From Anthoceros angustus (Eukaryota; Plantae; Anthocerotophyta): 64,000 nucleotides of DNA. The notes below the pieces were generated by a model that worked only from the letters and a program-made list of their open reading frames with translations, ran no database searches and was not told the origin of the DNA. The stretch covers positions 1,116,001-1,180,000 of the forward strand of contig VJWM01000025.1 in the NCBI GenBank assembly GCA_010909165.1, given 5' to 3'. Below, piece after piece: positions 49,800 through 62,216 of the stretch. The number at the start of each line of letters is the position of its first letter. Position 1 is the first letter of the stretch. A program made the translations under genes and the position numbers.

Positions 49800-52700
49800 T
49801 CATATTACCTGTTTTGTACACAACCAATCGTTCAATTTATGTCCTCAGTGTCATGGAGGCAAAGCATACTTATTCCCCATCAAGATCGTGTCCTTGGAGT
49901 ATGAAGACGTTTCATGGGGAGAGGTTGTCGTCGTTGGAATGTAATCAAATATTAAGATGCATTGATAATGTTTTTTCGGATTTGCCATGTATCCTCACGA
50001 ATGCTGCAATGATTTTTGAGATGACCATAAGGCGAGTGCGATGGGGGTGTGTGTTTGCTTTTTGCCCTTCCATCGGGTGACTTCTCTTTAGCGAGAAAAT
50101 GAATTAAGCGGACATCGATGGAGCATGGCACCAAAAACAATTGTACTGACTGTAAATCGCATAATTCGTTCATATAATACATCTGGTACAGTACACCTCC
50201 GTGGGTGCATTCAATAATGATTAATCTCCAAGTTCTCCAGATGACACGTGATATACGCCTCCTTTGCCTCATAATGGGTATGACATGCCGTGGCCACTGT
50301 CCTGCATCCGGGGGTCTGCAAAACGAGGAAGTTGTCTCCTACTTCCGGAAGGTCACCATGTCGGAGATATCTTCACTCTCATTGTCCAGATAACATCGGG
50401 ACCATTGGTCCCTACATGCACATCCGAGGCTAGAGGAGCACCATTAGGCATGTTCGGGAGGAGGCTTGCCCGCACGAGTTATTCGCCTGGATTTGGCCAT
50501 GTGGCCTCAAAGTGAAGGCTTTCCAATACCGAATGAGGCACCGTTTTGCATTGAATCGCACTTCCTGTGCACTCCACGCAAAACAAGCAAGGCTCGCATT
50601 TTCAGCTTAGTCGGATCTGTCAAGCTAAACCCATAGATCTGTGCATTTTTGGACCAGTATAGGTCGCAACCAAACTTATTCCTCTTGTTTACTTCAGTTT
50701 TCTCTATGAGCTAGAAGCTCCGATGCACAGCATGGTGTCCACTTGTGTAAGAAGAAGAGGCCCCCCCTGAAATATGACTTGTAAGGTAGGCCACGACATC
50801 CGATGATTGAAGCCCGGTGCTAGGGGATGATTCACGCCGCAACGCTCTTTTGAATAGCTCTGGGTCATGTTCACCCTTCCCATGGCCACTACCGATATCG
50901 ACCACAACATCCGACACCCGCTTGAGACTGGGTATCTTGCAATGAAATATGAAGGCCGACATGCCTTGAATCGCTTGCACCCCATCCGACCAACACCAAT
51001 GTTCTCGTGGCCGGAAACCAGGTCCGCCATCCATTGCCAATGCTTCATAACGCAATGTTGGACGAACAACGATCGTGAACCAAGTCATCAACGATGTAAA
51101 ATGATAATACTTCTCAACGTTGCGGCCTGGGTCTTGGGGTCAATGGGCCCATTTCGCGGTAAAAGACCAAAGACCAAAATGGATACTTGATCATTACGCC
51201 AGCATAGATCGATTTGCTCAACACCAAAAGCATAGTTTTGACTGAAGTCCATAACTGAGACAACGACATCCGATGGGAACCACTCTAAGCATTGCCTAAA
51301 TTCCAAAGCCTGCCACCGCTGCACATAATCGTGGAGGATGAACTCCCTCATCTTTTCGGAGAAGTATGACACAAACTCCGCTGGATGAGTCTCCATGAAA
51401 ACTAGCTTTATGCGCTTCTTGTCCTGGCCCTCACTATCTCTACCAACCACTTGATATTGAAAGCGTCGCCACTTCAAAATGGAGTCGGGGTGCACCTCCT
51501 TTGATGTCTCACCAGGATAGAAACGCACCTTGCTCACGCCACAACGCGGGCACCTGCCCTGAAGACATGCAAGCTTGTGCCATGCAACATCACACTCTTT
51601 CTCGCACAAGGCTATTTCAAGAAGCAACCTTACAGCAACAGTCTTGGGCATTGCAATGAAGAGGAGACTCTTCTACCGAGTGAGGAACACATGTCATACC
51701 GAATGGCATTGTCCACGAGGATGCACTCTTGAAAGCCCACCACGCAAAGCATTAAAAGCGTCCTTGAGGAAGGCCATTTCTACATGGTACCGGCACAGCA
51801 GACGTGCGTCTTGCAAGCTTTTGACGTTTTTGCTCAAAAGCCGCTCTGAATTTTGTGCGTGCTCAAACCGCAAGTAACCCGTCTCGCATCGTGAGCATCA
51901 GCGCCAGCACACAATCGCTCTTTTAGTAACAAACTGGTGTAAGCGAGAATGTGCCACCATGGTCCGCACACACATTTCCACACTCATAGCATAAGCGTCC
52001 TTGAGGAAGGCCATTTCTACATGGTACGGCGGCGTGAGCGTTGCGTTCTTGCAAGCTTTGTGAAATGTTTTTTTCAAAAGCGTTACTTGAATCTCTGGTG
52101 CCTCGCCAAATGGTAGAACTACACCAGGTGTTGCGGTGAGCCAGCGGTTGAGACACAAATTACTAGCTGCGCTTTGAGCAATGGCGTGTGGCGAGAATGT
52201 GCCACCAGCAGTGCGCACACATTTCCACACTCATAGCATACAAGCGTGGACACCAAGCCACCGCCTACCATAACACCACAAACCACGCCATAACACTGCA
52301 CCACCTCGATGTCCTCATGACCAGGACACTATCACGGTGGCTACATTGCTCACCGCGTCACTACATCACCACAACTTGCATCGGCCACAAAAGCAGGGCC
52401 CACCACCACCATTTAACTCGCCACATCCGAGCTCCACCACCACATCCGGGCCCGGCCACCACATCCGAGCTCCACACCCGAGCTCCGCCACCACCTCCGA
52501 GCCTCGCCACCACCTCCGAGCCTCGCCACCACCTCCGAGCCGCCACCAGCAGTGCGCACACATTTCCACACTCATAGCATACAAGCGTCTCGTGGACACC
52601 AAGCCACACTACCATAACACCACAAACCACGCCATAACACGGACCACCTCGATGTCCTCATGCGGCGAGGGCGACACAATCACGGTGGCTACATTGCTCA

Positions 52701-55016
52701 CCGCGTCACTACATCACCACAACTTGCATCGGCCACAAAAGCAGGGCCCACCACCACCATTTAACTCGCCACATCCGAGCTCCACACATCCGAGCTCCAC
52801 ACCCGAGCTCCGCCACCACCTCCGAGCCTCGCCACCACCTCCGAGCCTCGCCACCACCTCCGAGCCGCCACCAGCAGTGCGCACACATTTCCACACTCAT
52901 AGCATACAAGCGTCTCGTGGACACCAAGCCACACTACCATAACACCACAAACCACGCCATAACACGGACCACCTCGATGTCCTCATGCGGCGAGGGCGAC
53001 ACAATCACGGTGGCTACATTGCTCACCGCGTCACTACATCACCACAACTTGCCGGCCCTGCGGGGCCCACCATTTAACTCGCCCACATCCGAGGCCTACC
53101 ACCACATCCGCAGACGTCCCAACACATCCGGGCGTCCCAACATCAGACCACCACCTCCGGAGCCTGCCACCACCTCCGGATCACCTTACCACCACCTCGG
53201 GAGCCACGCCACCAGCAGCTCTCCCACCACTTTGAATGCGTTACACCTCGCCGAGCTCCACCACATCCGAGCCCGCCACCACATCTCGACGCGACCACGA
53301 TCCGGAGCCCGACCACCACATCGAGCCGAACACGATCCGGAGGTTGACCACAACATCCGGAGCCCTCCAACCATATCCGAGCTCGACCACCGATTCGAGC
53401 CCGACCACAATCGGAGCCCGACCACCGCATCCACGGCTCGTCCACCGCATCCGCCACCCGCAGACAACATCACCATTCTAGCACGGCTACCACATGCCCA
53501 CATCCCAAACCCGCCTAACATGCAAACCGACGATCACCGCCTTCTCCACCGCCATTGCAACCACGGATTCCCTAATATCTGCCTCCAACCTATAGCATCA
53601 CCTCATGGAGGCAAAAACCCACCTGGTCAGACCATCTCCAACAACCTACGTAGCACAATGGACTAAAAAGCAAGGAAAAGCCGCGGTTGAAGTGCCACAG
53701 ACTTGCACAAAGAAGGAACCCACATCCCAAGCAACATGGAAAAAAATCACAACACACACGATGCGAATTAAATCTGCCATTGTAGGTCCATACCCAGAAG
53801 CCTTAAGCTTCGAAGAAGGTGCACCCTCCTCCCGGTGTAACCACTGCGCTTTGAGAATGTGAGCACGAACCAATCCGCAAGAACATCCAGAGCACGCACA
53901 CAAATGGCCAGCCAATGCAATATGGAGGATGCCTAAGCGCTTCTAAACGAGCGGACATTTGACATAAGAACCAGCATGGCATGAACACGGATGCTCCTTC
54001 AACCAAACAAGGTTCTTAGAAGACGACTAGGAAGAACATGAACCACCACATGTCGTGCCCATCAAACTAAATTGAAGACCACCGAGTGCATCACGAGAGG
54101 TGTCGAGGAAGTGGATTATATGCTTGACATATGAGTTGGGACCGATGCGCATCCGCTTTGTGTCCTTGGTGTTTGAAGAAGGCCGAGATGCCACCTCCCA
54201 AAATTGCACTATGGTGGCCTTCACGATTCTGGAGACAACGTCGCTGTTCTCCTTCCACTCCCACACAGTGTTTGCTGCGAGCTGCCTCTCCACGACCATC
54301 GCGCCGCCTAATCGCTTTACATATGTATGACAAACCGTTAGCATTCTGCCCACAGTTGCGTCAACCAAACCTTGGTGATTGTGCTTTGCGGTGTTGGAAC
54401 CAAGTTAAACCGGTCAATGTCGTTCGACAATATGAGGTTCCACAATGTATTCCGTGCTGCATAGTGATCGCCCACTTGTACATCTCTTAGATTCCATAAG
54501 CCGTCCTCGCATCGCTTACAAGACAAACAGCTGCATCTTTGGCGTCGGAGGAGGTAGAAAATCTGAAGGAGGAGCCGATGAAACCACTCAAAATCTCGCG
54601 TCAACATGGACCTGAAAACTTGTCTGTCATCTTCAAAAACTCTTCTGCCAATGCCTTGGCCACTTGCTGCTTCCTTCGTACTGTGCACTCCTCACTTCCC
54701 AAGGTAGTTGCTACAGCCCGTTGCATTGCATGCCACACACGTACTCTCGTTGTGGAAGTTGAAGGAGGTGTTGGCACTTCCTCATTCCCCTCTTCTCCAA
54801 CAACTAGAGGAATTTGGTTCTTGTGCCTCATCCCTTTCTGACTTGCCTCTCCACTGCCTCGTTTGTTGGCTGCCCAATATCGGTATTTGGCCGGGCGGTG
54901 ACCGCATCTTGCTCCTTGCTACTTTGAAGTCCTTGAATACACCTTCCTCTCATTCTTTGTTTCTTGTCCATGCACACCTCAACATGATCCGAGGCGGGAA
55001 AACCTGCGCCCAACAC
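49800..55016 (-). pseudogene. Sola2-like transposase (frameshifted; ~1.9 kb intron at ~54095-52140)
   Basis: IVQFWEVASRPSSNTKD..HFLDTS | ..YHVEM..LCEK..WHKLACLQGRCPRCG..MDFSQNY..HD..FVQHC..HWCWSDG..FKA..GSGHGKGEHD. Confidence 0.85.
52196..53480 (+). repeat. CCACCACCTCCGAG-type minisatellite within ~324-bp tandem units, inside the transposase intron
   Basis: gccaccagcagtgcgcacacatttcc at ~52201, 52542 and 52867; many ccacca(c/t)ccgag units. Confidence 0.9.
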
Positions 55017-57860
55017 GCAAACCCCATCACCTAAACTAATTTTGAAGCGTCAACCTCCGTTGACTTTGTGATGGCATGCCACGGTGGCGGCAACAACTTA
55101 CTACACGTTTTGACCACCAAGCGTGCATACACCATAACATCCATCATGTGGAGTTCAAGATCATGTTGGGCACATAAGGCAAATATCATTGAGTGTGGCA
55201 ATTTGGAGGATGCCTAAGCGCTTCTAAGCAGCGGACATTTGACATAAGAACCGACATGGCATGAACAGAGACCCATCCGCCAAACAAGGTTCTTAGAAGG
55301 CACTAGGAAGAACATGAACCACCATATCGGGCCCGTCAAACTAAATTGAAGACCACAGGTGCATCACACGAGAGGTGTCGAGAAGTGGATTATATGCTTG
55401 ACATATGAGTTGGGACCGATGCGCATCCGCTTTGTGTCCTTGGTGTTTGAAGAAGGCAGATGCCACCTCCCAAAATTGCACTATGGTGGCCTTCACGATT
55501 CTGGAGACAGCGTCGCTGTTCTCCTTCCACTCCCACGAGTGTTTGCTGCGAGCGCTCTGCCTCTCCACGACCATCCAGCGCCGCCTAATCGCTTTACATA
55601 TGTATAGACAAGCGGGCTCGTTAGCGATTCTCCGCCTTCACAGTCTGCGTCAGGACTTCAAACCTTGGTGACCAATGTGCTTTGCCGATGTTGGAACCAA
55701 GTTAAACCGGTCAATGTCGTTCGACAAAATGAGGTTCCACAATGTATTCCGTGCTGCATAGTGATAAGCCCACTTGTACATCTCTTAGATTCCATAAGCC
55801 GTCCTCGACATCACATTACAACGACAAACAGCGTGCATCTTTGGGGTCGAGGAGGAGGTAGAAAATCTGAAGGAGGAGCCGATGAAACCACTCCAAAATC
55901 TCGCGTCAACATGGACGAACATCGTCATCTTCAAAACTCTTACGCCAATGCCTTGGCCACTTGCTGCTTCCTTCAGACTGCACTCCTCACTTCCCAAGGT
56001 AGTTGCTACAGCCCGTTGCATTGCATGCCACACACGTACTCTCGTTGTGGAAGTTGAAGGAGGTGTTGGCACTTCCTCATTCCCCTCTTCTCCAACAACT
56101 AGAGGCTGGTTCTTCGCTGTGCCTCATCCCTTACAGCAGCTTGCCTCTCACGCTGCCTACGTTTGTTGGCTGCCCAATATCGGCGCTGGCGGGCCGGTGA
56201 CCGCATGCTGCTCCTTGCTCGCCTGAAGTCCTTGAATACACCTTCCTCTCCATCTTAGCATTTCTTGTCCATGCACACCTCCAACCTGTGATCCGGGGAA
56301 AACCTGCGCCCAACACGCAACCAACAAACCCCATCACCTAAACCTAATTTTGAAGCGTCAACCTCCGTTGACTTTGTGATGGCATGCCCTGGTGGCGCTT
56401 GACAACTTAGCCACTACACGTTTTGACCACCGTGCATACACCATAACATCCATCATGTGGAGTTCAAGATCATGTTGGGCACATAAGCAAATATCATTGA
56501 AGTGTGGCAAATTTGGCTCTTGGGGCATAAGTGGCCCAAGGTATGTAATCTAGACCGAGAATTTGTGTAAAGCCTCGCTACTAGGCGTGCCTTATACCTT
56601 TCTATAGAACCATCTCCTTTTCTTTTAATTTTGAATACCCATTTGCTGGTTACTATCTTCCTACCCCTAGGTGGTTTGACCAATTCCATGTAGAGTTATT
56701 AACTAGGGAATTATATTGATCTCTGACTACCTTCCATAAGTCTTTTCGGAGAAGAGAAAGCTTGTTTTAAGGTAAGAGGTTCTTACGGGTCTATAGTTGC
56801 CTTGTATACTTGAGAATAAAGTGATCGCCCACTTGTACATCTCTTAGATTCCCGCAAGCCGTCCTCAGGTTCTGCATTACAACAGCAAACAACTGTGCAT
56901 CTTTGGCGTCCAGAGGGGGAGGAGTCCGAAAATCCTGAAGGAGAGGAGCACGATGAAACCACTCCAAAATCTCGCGTCGACATGGACCTGAAAACTTGTC
57001 TGTCATCTTCAAAAACTCTTCTGCCAATGCCTTGGCCACTTGCTGCTTCCTTCGTACTGTGCACTCCTCACTTCCCAAGGTAGTTGCTACAGCCCGTTGC
57101 ATTGCACGCCACACACGTACTCTCGCTGTGGAAGTTGAAGGAGGTGTTGGCACTTCCTCATTCCCCTCTTCTCCAACAACCTGGAGGCTGGTTCTTGTGC
57201 CTCATCCCTTCTGACTTGCCTCTCCATTTCGTTTGTTGGCTGCCCAATATCGGTTGTGTGACCGCATCTTGCTCCTTGCTACTTTGAAGTCCTTGAATAC
57301 ACCTTCCTCTCCAGCTAGCACATTTCTTGTCCATGCACACCTCCAACGACCATGATCCGAGGCGGGAAAACCTGCGCCCAACACCGCAACCAACAAACCC
57401 CATCACCTAAACCTAATTTTGAAGCGTCAACCTCCGTTGACTTTGTGATGATGCCCTGGTGGCGCTTGACAACTTAGCCACTACGTTTTGACCACCAAAG
57501 CGTGCATAACATCCATCATGAGTTCAAGATCATGTTGGGCACATAAGGCAAATATCATTCAAGTGTGGCAAATTTGGCTCTTTGGGGCATAAGTGGCCCA
57601 AGGTATGTAATCTAGACCAGAATTTGTGTAAACCTCGCTACTAGACGTGCCTTATACCTTTCTATAGAACCATCTCCTTTTCTTTTAATTTTGAATACCC
57701 ATTTGCTGGTTACTATCTTCCTACCCCTAGGTGGTTTGACCAATTCCATGTAGAGTTATTAACTAGGGAATTATATTCGAATCTCACTACCTTCCATAAG
57801 TCTTTTTCGTGAGAAGAGAAAGCTTGTTTTAAGGTAAGAGGTTCTTGGGTCTATAGTTGC
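53920..57860. repeat. Triplicated segment spanning the Sola2 transposase 5' end, right TIR and adjacent Copia RT
   Basis: Three copies of TPPSTST.RVRVW.AMQRAVATTLGSEEC and of the TIR/RT junction. Confidence 0.9.
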
Positions 57861-59660
57861 CTTGTAGACTTGAGAATAAAGTGATATAGGGGTATAGGAT
57901 CATCAAAACAGCTAGGTATCCTAAAGGAGGTTCCTTCCAACTGCGGGACACGAGATAGTAGGTCGGGATCTAAGGTTGTACCTTTGTGCAGTGCATCATC
58001 CACAAGGCGAGATCTCTGACGGGATCTGCTGGCTCCACAATGTCATCCTCGGAGGGTCATCAAACTCATCATCATGAGTGTCAATGGCGCCTCTGGGATG
58101 TCAACATCGAGTTAAATGCGGTTGAGTTGTACCGGTTGTGGAATAGATGCTAACTCCTCCTCCTCACATAATAGGTTCAACTAAAGGAACACGAGAAGCG
58201 AGGAATGGGAAATGGAGTGAAATAATCGGTATCATCAAAATAAGAAGGTCAATGGTCTCATCAAGAGGAGGATCAGCTCCCTATGGGGAAAAGAGGTAAG
58301 ACTCATGAAAAGTAACACTCGTATAAAAGTTGCCTTGTAGAAGGGTTGAACAATTTGTACCTTTGATACCTTGTGTAGCCAATGAAAGTGTACTTAGCTT
58401 TGGGATCCAACTTCTTACGCAATGCTTTGGGAATAAAAACATATGCGGGATCCAAAAATTCAAGGTGGTCAATAGAAGGCTTCTTGCCAATGAATGCTTC
58501 ATATGGAGTCATACCTTGAAGCTGATGTAGGCAATCGATTCATGAGATAGGTTCTTTGTGAGGAGGGCCTCTTGTAAGCCTTAGATAACTTAGCTTGTAC
58601 CAATAAGCAACTGTGATCTCTTGAGGCGTAGATTCTTGTTCTCGGCTCGCCATTTTGTTGAGGAGTATAGACAAGCGTAAGTTGTTGAGCTATACCTTCA
58701 CTCGACAAAATCCTCAAATTCGATGATGTAAACTCTCCACCATTGTCGGAACGTAAGGTCTTGAGTTTGTTGTCGTAAGTCTCTCACCCATTTCATGTAG
58801 TCCTTGAAGAAGTGAAAGGCATCACTCTTGTTTTTCGGGATGTAGGAAAAGACAAAGCGAGAGAAATCATCTGAAGGTCAAAAATATCTACTACCACTAA
58901 AGGAGGGTGTAGACAAGGGTCCACAATGTCATGTGCACTATCTCTAAAGGTGACTTGGCCCTTTGTGGAGATTTATTTTGAAAGGCTCTTGATGTCGTTT
59001 AGTGAGGACACAAGATTCGCACCAAGGTAGGTGTTCAACCTTTGCAAGGCAAGGGTTCTATATAAAGCTCCCTTAGACATTTGGATTAATTTTTGACTAT
59101 TAGGATGACCAAGGCGACAATGCCAAAGCATGGTTTGGGTAGGTGTCGGGTTTGGAATGGCAACATTAGCGAATGGGTGGCTCCCACTTGTCGACAATCT
59201 ATAGAGACCATCATCTAAAGTGCCCTGCGGATTGTATAGTTTCTATCACTTATGAAGAGAGAAGACAACTATTCGCATAAAGGATCACTGCAGTGTGTTC
59301 TTGACAAAGACTTGCGGTGATACTAGATTCTTGCACATTGAAGGAACATGGAGGACTTGATGAAGATGAAGAACGACCGAATCACACTTGAATACAACGA
59401 ACCACACCCGCTATGGGTAGGTTGTGATCATCTCCGGAGGACGGTGATGTCCTGTGGGTGAGTAAGACTCAAAAGAGTTTCATTGTAACAAATATGTGAA
59501 GTAGCTCCACGTCTAAGTACCATGAGGTATTGGAGGGCTTGGAAGAAGCCAAGCACACATGACCTTCTGGAGTTGAGGAAGATTGTTTCTTATGTTAGCT
59601 CAGTGGGGCCTCCTTGAGGTTCCCATTCTTCTTCTTCGACAATCCTTTTCCATGTGATTT
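57507..59660 (-). pseudogene. pol: Copia pol: protease, GAG-pre-integrase, integrase and RT N-terminal part
   Basis: SWYLD, LWHCRLGHP, LRSDNGGEF, YTPQQNG, TPYEAFIGKKP, RKKLDPKA..FIGY, ELVKPPRGRKIVTSKWVFKIK..YKARLVAR. Confidence 0.93.
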
Positions 59661-59664
59661 GGGA

Positions 59665-60450
59665 TTACGCACCAATTACATATAATCCCGATCTTCTTGT
59701 TACCTCTTGCGGTGTTGAAGAAGATGCCTCTCCATCATGGAAAGTATGCGAGGATATGGGGTCGTGGAAAGTAGAACCTCGGCCTCGCCGTCCTCTTCCT
59801 CTACCCCTTTGTGAATACATCACACCGCTGCTTGTTGGCTCGGAGTGATGATGACGTGCTTGCCTCCTCCTCGTAGCAATGCTCCAATAAGTTCGGAAAC
59901 ACGATGTCGGCTCTTCATTTGGATCTTCATCTGCAGCTTTTCTGACATTGCGAATCACTGCATTTTGAGTTGTAATGAAAGCCCTATAAGAAGGTGGCAA
60001 TGAAGATAAGAGAATGACGTAAGCCTCCATCTCTGAGATAGGTACGCCAGTTGAAGATTCCAAATGGGATCGTGCCAATCGAAAAGCATTAACATGATGT
60101 TCGATGGTGTCGGACTCCTTCATTGAGAGGTTGCGGAAGTTACGTGAAGCTGCAACAATACTCATTACATCTCGAGATGAATATAATTGAGCAAGGTGAG
60201 TCCACATATCCTTGGAGGTCTTTGCGTGTGCGACATGTCTCACCATATGTTGAGAAAGTCCACTGACCAATAAATCTTGTGCCTTCTCGTCCCTCCCGGA
60301 AGGTTGAAGTTCACGTTCAAATCGTGTGGCCTTGGAATTGATCCATCGACGATGCCCCAAAGGTCTCTTTGCCGCAAAGCTCCTCGCATTCTCAATGACC
60401 GGATGTCATAATCCCTTCCATTGAATCTATCTTTCTCTTTGAACGTCACC
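59665..60450 (-). pseudogene. gag: Copia gag
   Basis: RFNGRDY..RMRGALRQRDLWGIVDG; AKTSKDMWTHL; ILLSSLPPSY (UBN2-type gag). Confidence 0.88.
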
Positions 60451-61300
60451 ATAATGATAATGCAATGAAGTGTTAGCATTATCATTACCCAATGGGGAAT
60501 TAGGAGCGTTTGTTCTTCATCATTGATCACTCCAGCCATTGTAGGTGATTTAGAGGACTAGGCCTCATCGTGACCTCTCATCTTCTCTATTGCACGCGAA
60601 ACTCTTCTCTTGCATCATTATGATGATGATGCTCAAATCTCTGCGCATTATCAACCTTAGAGAGAATAGACAATTTTGTCCTTAATTCAGATAATTCTCC
60701 CTTAAGATCAAAGGATTGGATTCTAAGAGTTGCTAATTGACTATCAATTTCTTGAAATCTAAGAGTTTCTATGCTATTTTGTCTTGCAGACTAGAAGATA
60801 AAGGAGTACTAATACCAGATTCAAATTTGGGATATGTTGGAGCTAATTCTAATGCCTTGACGTGAATTGGACTAAAACTTCTAGCAAATCACGTCTAGCT
60901 AGCTTGATAAACTTCCCTTGATCCGGTTTAGAAATTAAAATAGATGCAATGAAGTTTGCTATACAAGAGGAGGTTTCTACTATCTCTCCCTCTATAGCTT
61001 GTTGTCTTCTATTGCTTCTATGTGTTGGACTCCTAATTTGTTCTTGTTGTCTTGCAGGACTACCTCTCTTCTTAACTCTATGCCTCCTCCTTCTAAGGGA
61101 ACACAAATCCATAGAGGAAGGACAAAGAATTAGTGCATAAAAGCATTATTAGAAGAGAAATGTTAGATAAAAAGAATGCATGCAAAGATAGCAATTATAG
61201 GAGAAACACAATCCATCTAGGCAAATGCTAGATTAGAAAGTGTCTCCTAGATAAGCTACTTAGATGCATGAGGATGCACAAGCAAACAAAGAGCAAGTGT

Positions 61301-61312
61301 GCTCTGATACCA
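61301..61312 (-). promoter_or_regulatory. Primer-binding site complementary to tRNA-iMet (TGGTATCAGAGC)
   Basis: gctctgatacca directly adjacent to the 5' LTR. Confidence 0.95.
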
Positions 61313-61533
61313 TGATGAGAATCATACACAAGCTCTAGCAATATGTGTTGCATTACATTCATAATAGAAAGTACATGCCTTTATGTAGGCAAGGTAGTTG
61401 TAACCAATAAGTGGTTGTAACAACTAACCAATTAAATAACTACTAAAAGAAACTACCTAGAGCCCTAAGGACTAAATTAATTATTAAGTCCTAGGTGCCC
61501 TAGTGAAAGTGCCTAATAATAGCTATTTTATCA
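61313..61533 (-). repeat. Copia 5' LTR
   Basis: Matches 18067-18290 with a handful of differences. Confidence 0.92.
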
Positions 61534-62190
61534 AGTGGAAGGGGGTTCGAGCGTGAGCAATGAAATGAATTTGGTTCTTTGCTTGTCAAGTCAATACGGG
61601 CCAACAACTTTGTCCATGCGGTCTAATCTTAAAAGTTCTCCAAAACCCAACATGAGGCACCAGTTCACAAGCTGCATGGTTGCTCTCCATACAATCGGCC
61701 TAAGCGAGGCAGGCTCCGCGTTAGCGATTGTGTAGGGTCATTCATGTTCTGACCATACAAAGCATGCATACCTTGGATTACAGTATGGAATCACACCCAA
61801 AGTGGTTTCTACGGTTAACCTCTGTTTTTCCAATGAGCCAGAAACTTTTGTGAACCCCATGCTCGTACTTGCATAAGAGGAGGGCATGCCACTGATATGT
61901 TTGTTGCGGGTACTCCACTACATCTGCGCATTTGCATCCCGGTATGTAGGGGCGACTCAGCCATGGGAGAACGCTTCAAAATGGCACCAGCACCATCGTG
62001 CTCTCCCTTCCCATGGCCACTCCCAAAATAAGACCTAAGCGTGTTACACCCACCTGTGATGCTAGGATACCGAGCAATGAAATAGCTAAGGTGACATGCC
62101 TTGAATTGGCTTGCGCCATCGACCAACACGGTGTTCTCTGGTCGAGGAATCACGCATCTTTGCGTTGTGGTAGCGACTTTTGTTGTGGTC
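61534..62190 (-). pseudogene. Catalytic core of the outer Sola2-like transposase
   Basis: DGASQFKACHLSYFIARYP...YFGSGHGKGEHDGAGAILKR; homologous to 51000-50840. Confidence 0.85.
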
Positions 62191-62216
62191 GGTAGGCGCG
62201 CACAATCCCGTGTCGT

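Larger units (their letters stand above)
21142..57506 (-). mobile_element. Large Sola2-like DNA transposon inserted in the Copia RT (right end present three times: 55134, 56443, ~57506)
   Basis: Imperfect TIRs GGGTCTAAGCACAGTATGGTGACCACAAC versus rc TGGTGTATGCACGCTTGGTGGTCAAAAC; 4-bp TSD TAAC (21138-21141; 55135-55138, 56444-56447, 57507-57510); removal restores RT ELHMMDVKTA; carries a GHGKG transposase. Confidence 0.82.
18067..61533 (-). mobile_element. Ty1/Copia LTR retrotransposon expanded by nested insertions
   Basis: Near-identical LTRs 18067-18290 and 61313-61533; TSD AGTGG at 18062-18066 and 61534-61538; PBS, PPT and gag-PR-INT-RT-RH order. Confidence 0.92.

Noticed and set aside
52337-53666. 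Extensin- or His/Pro-rich protein ORFs
   Set aside because: Products of the intronic minisatellite, open in several frames.
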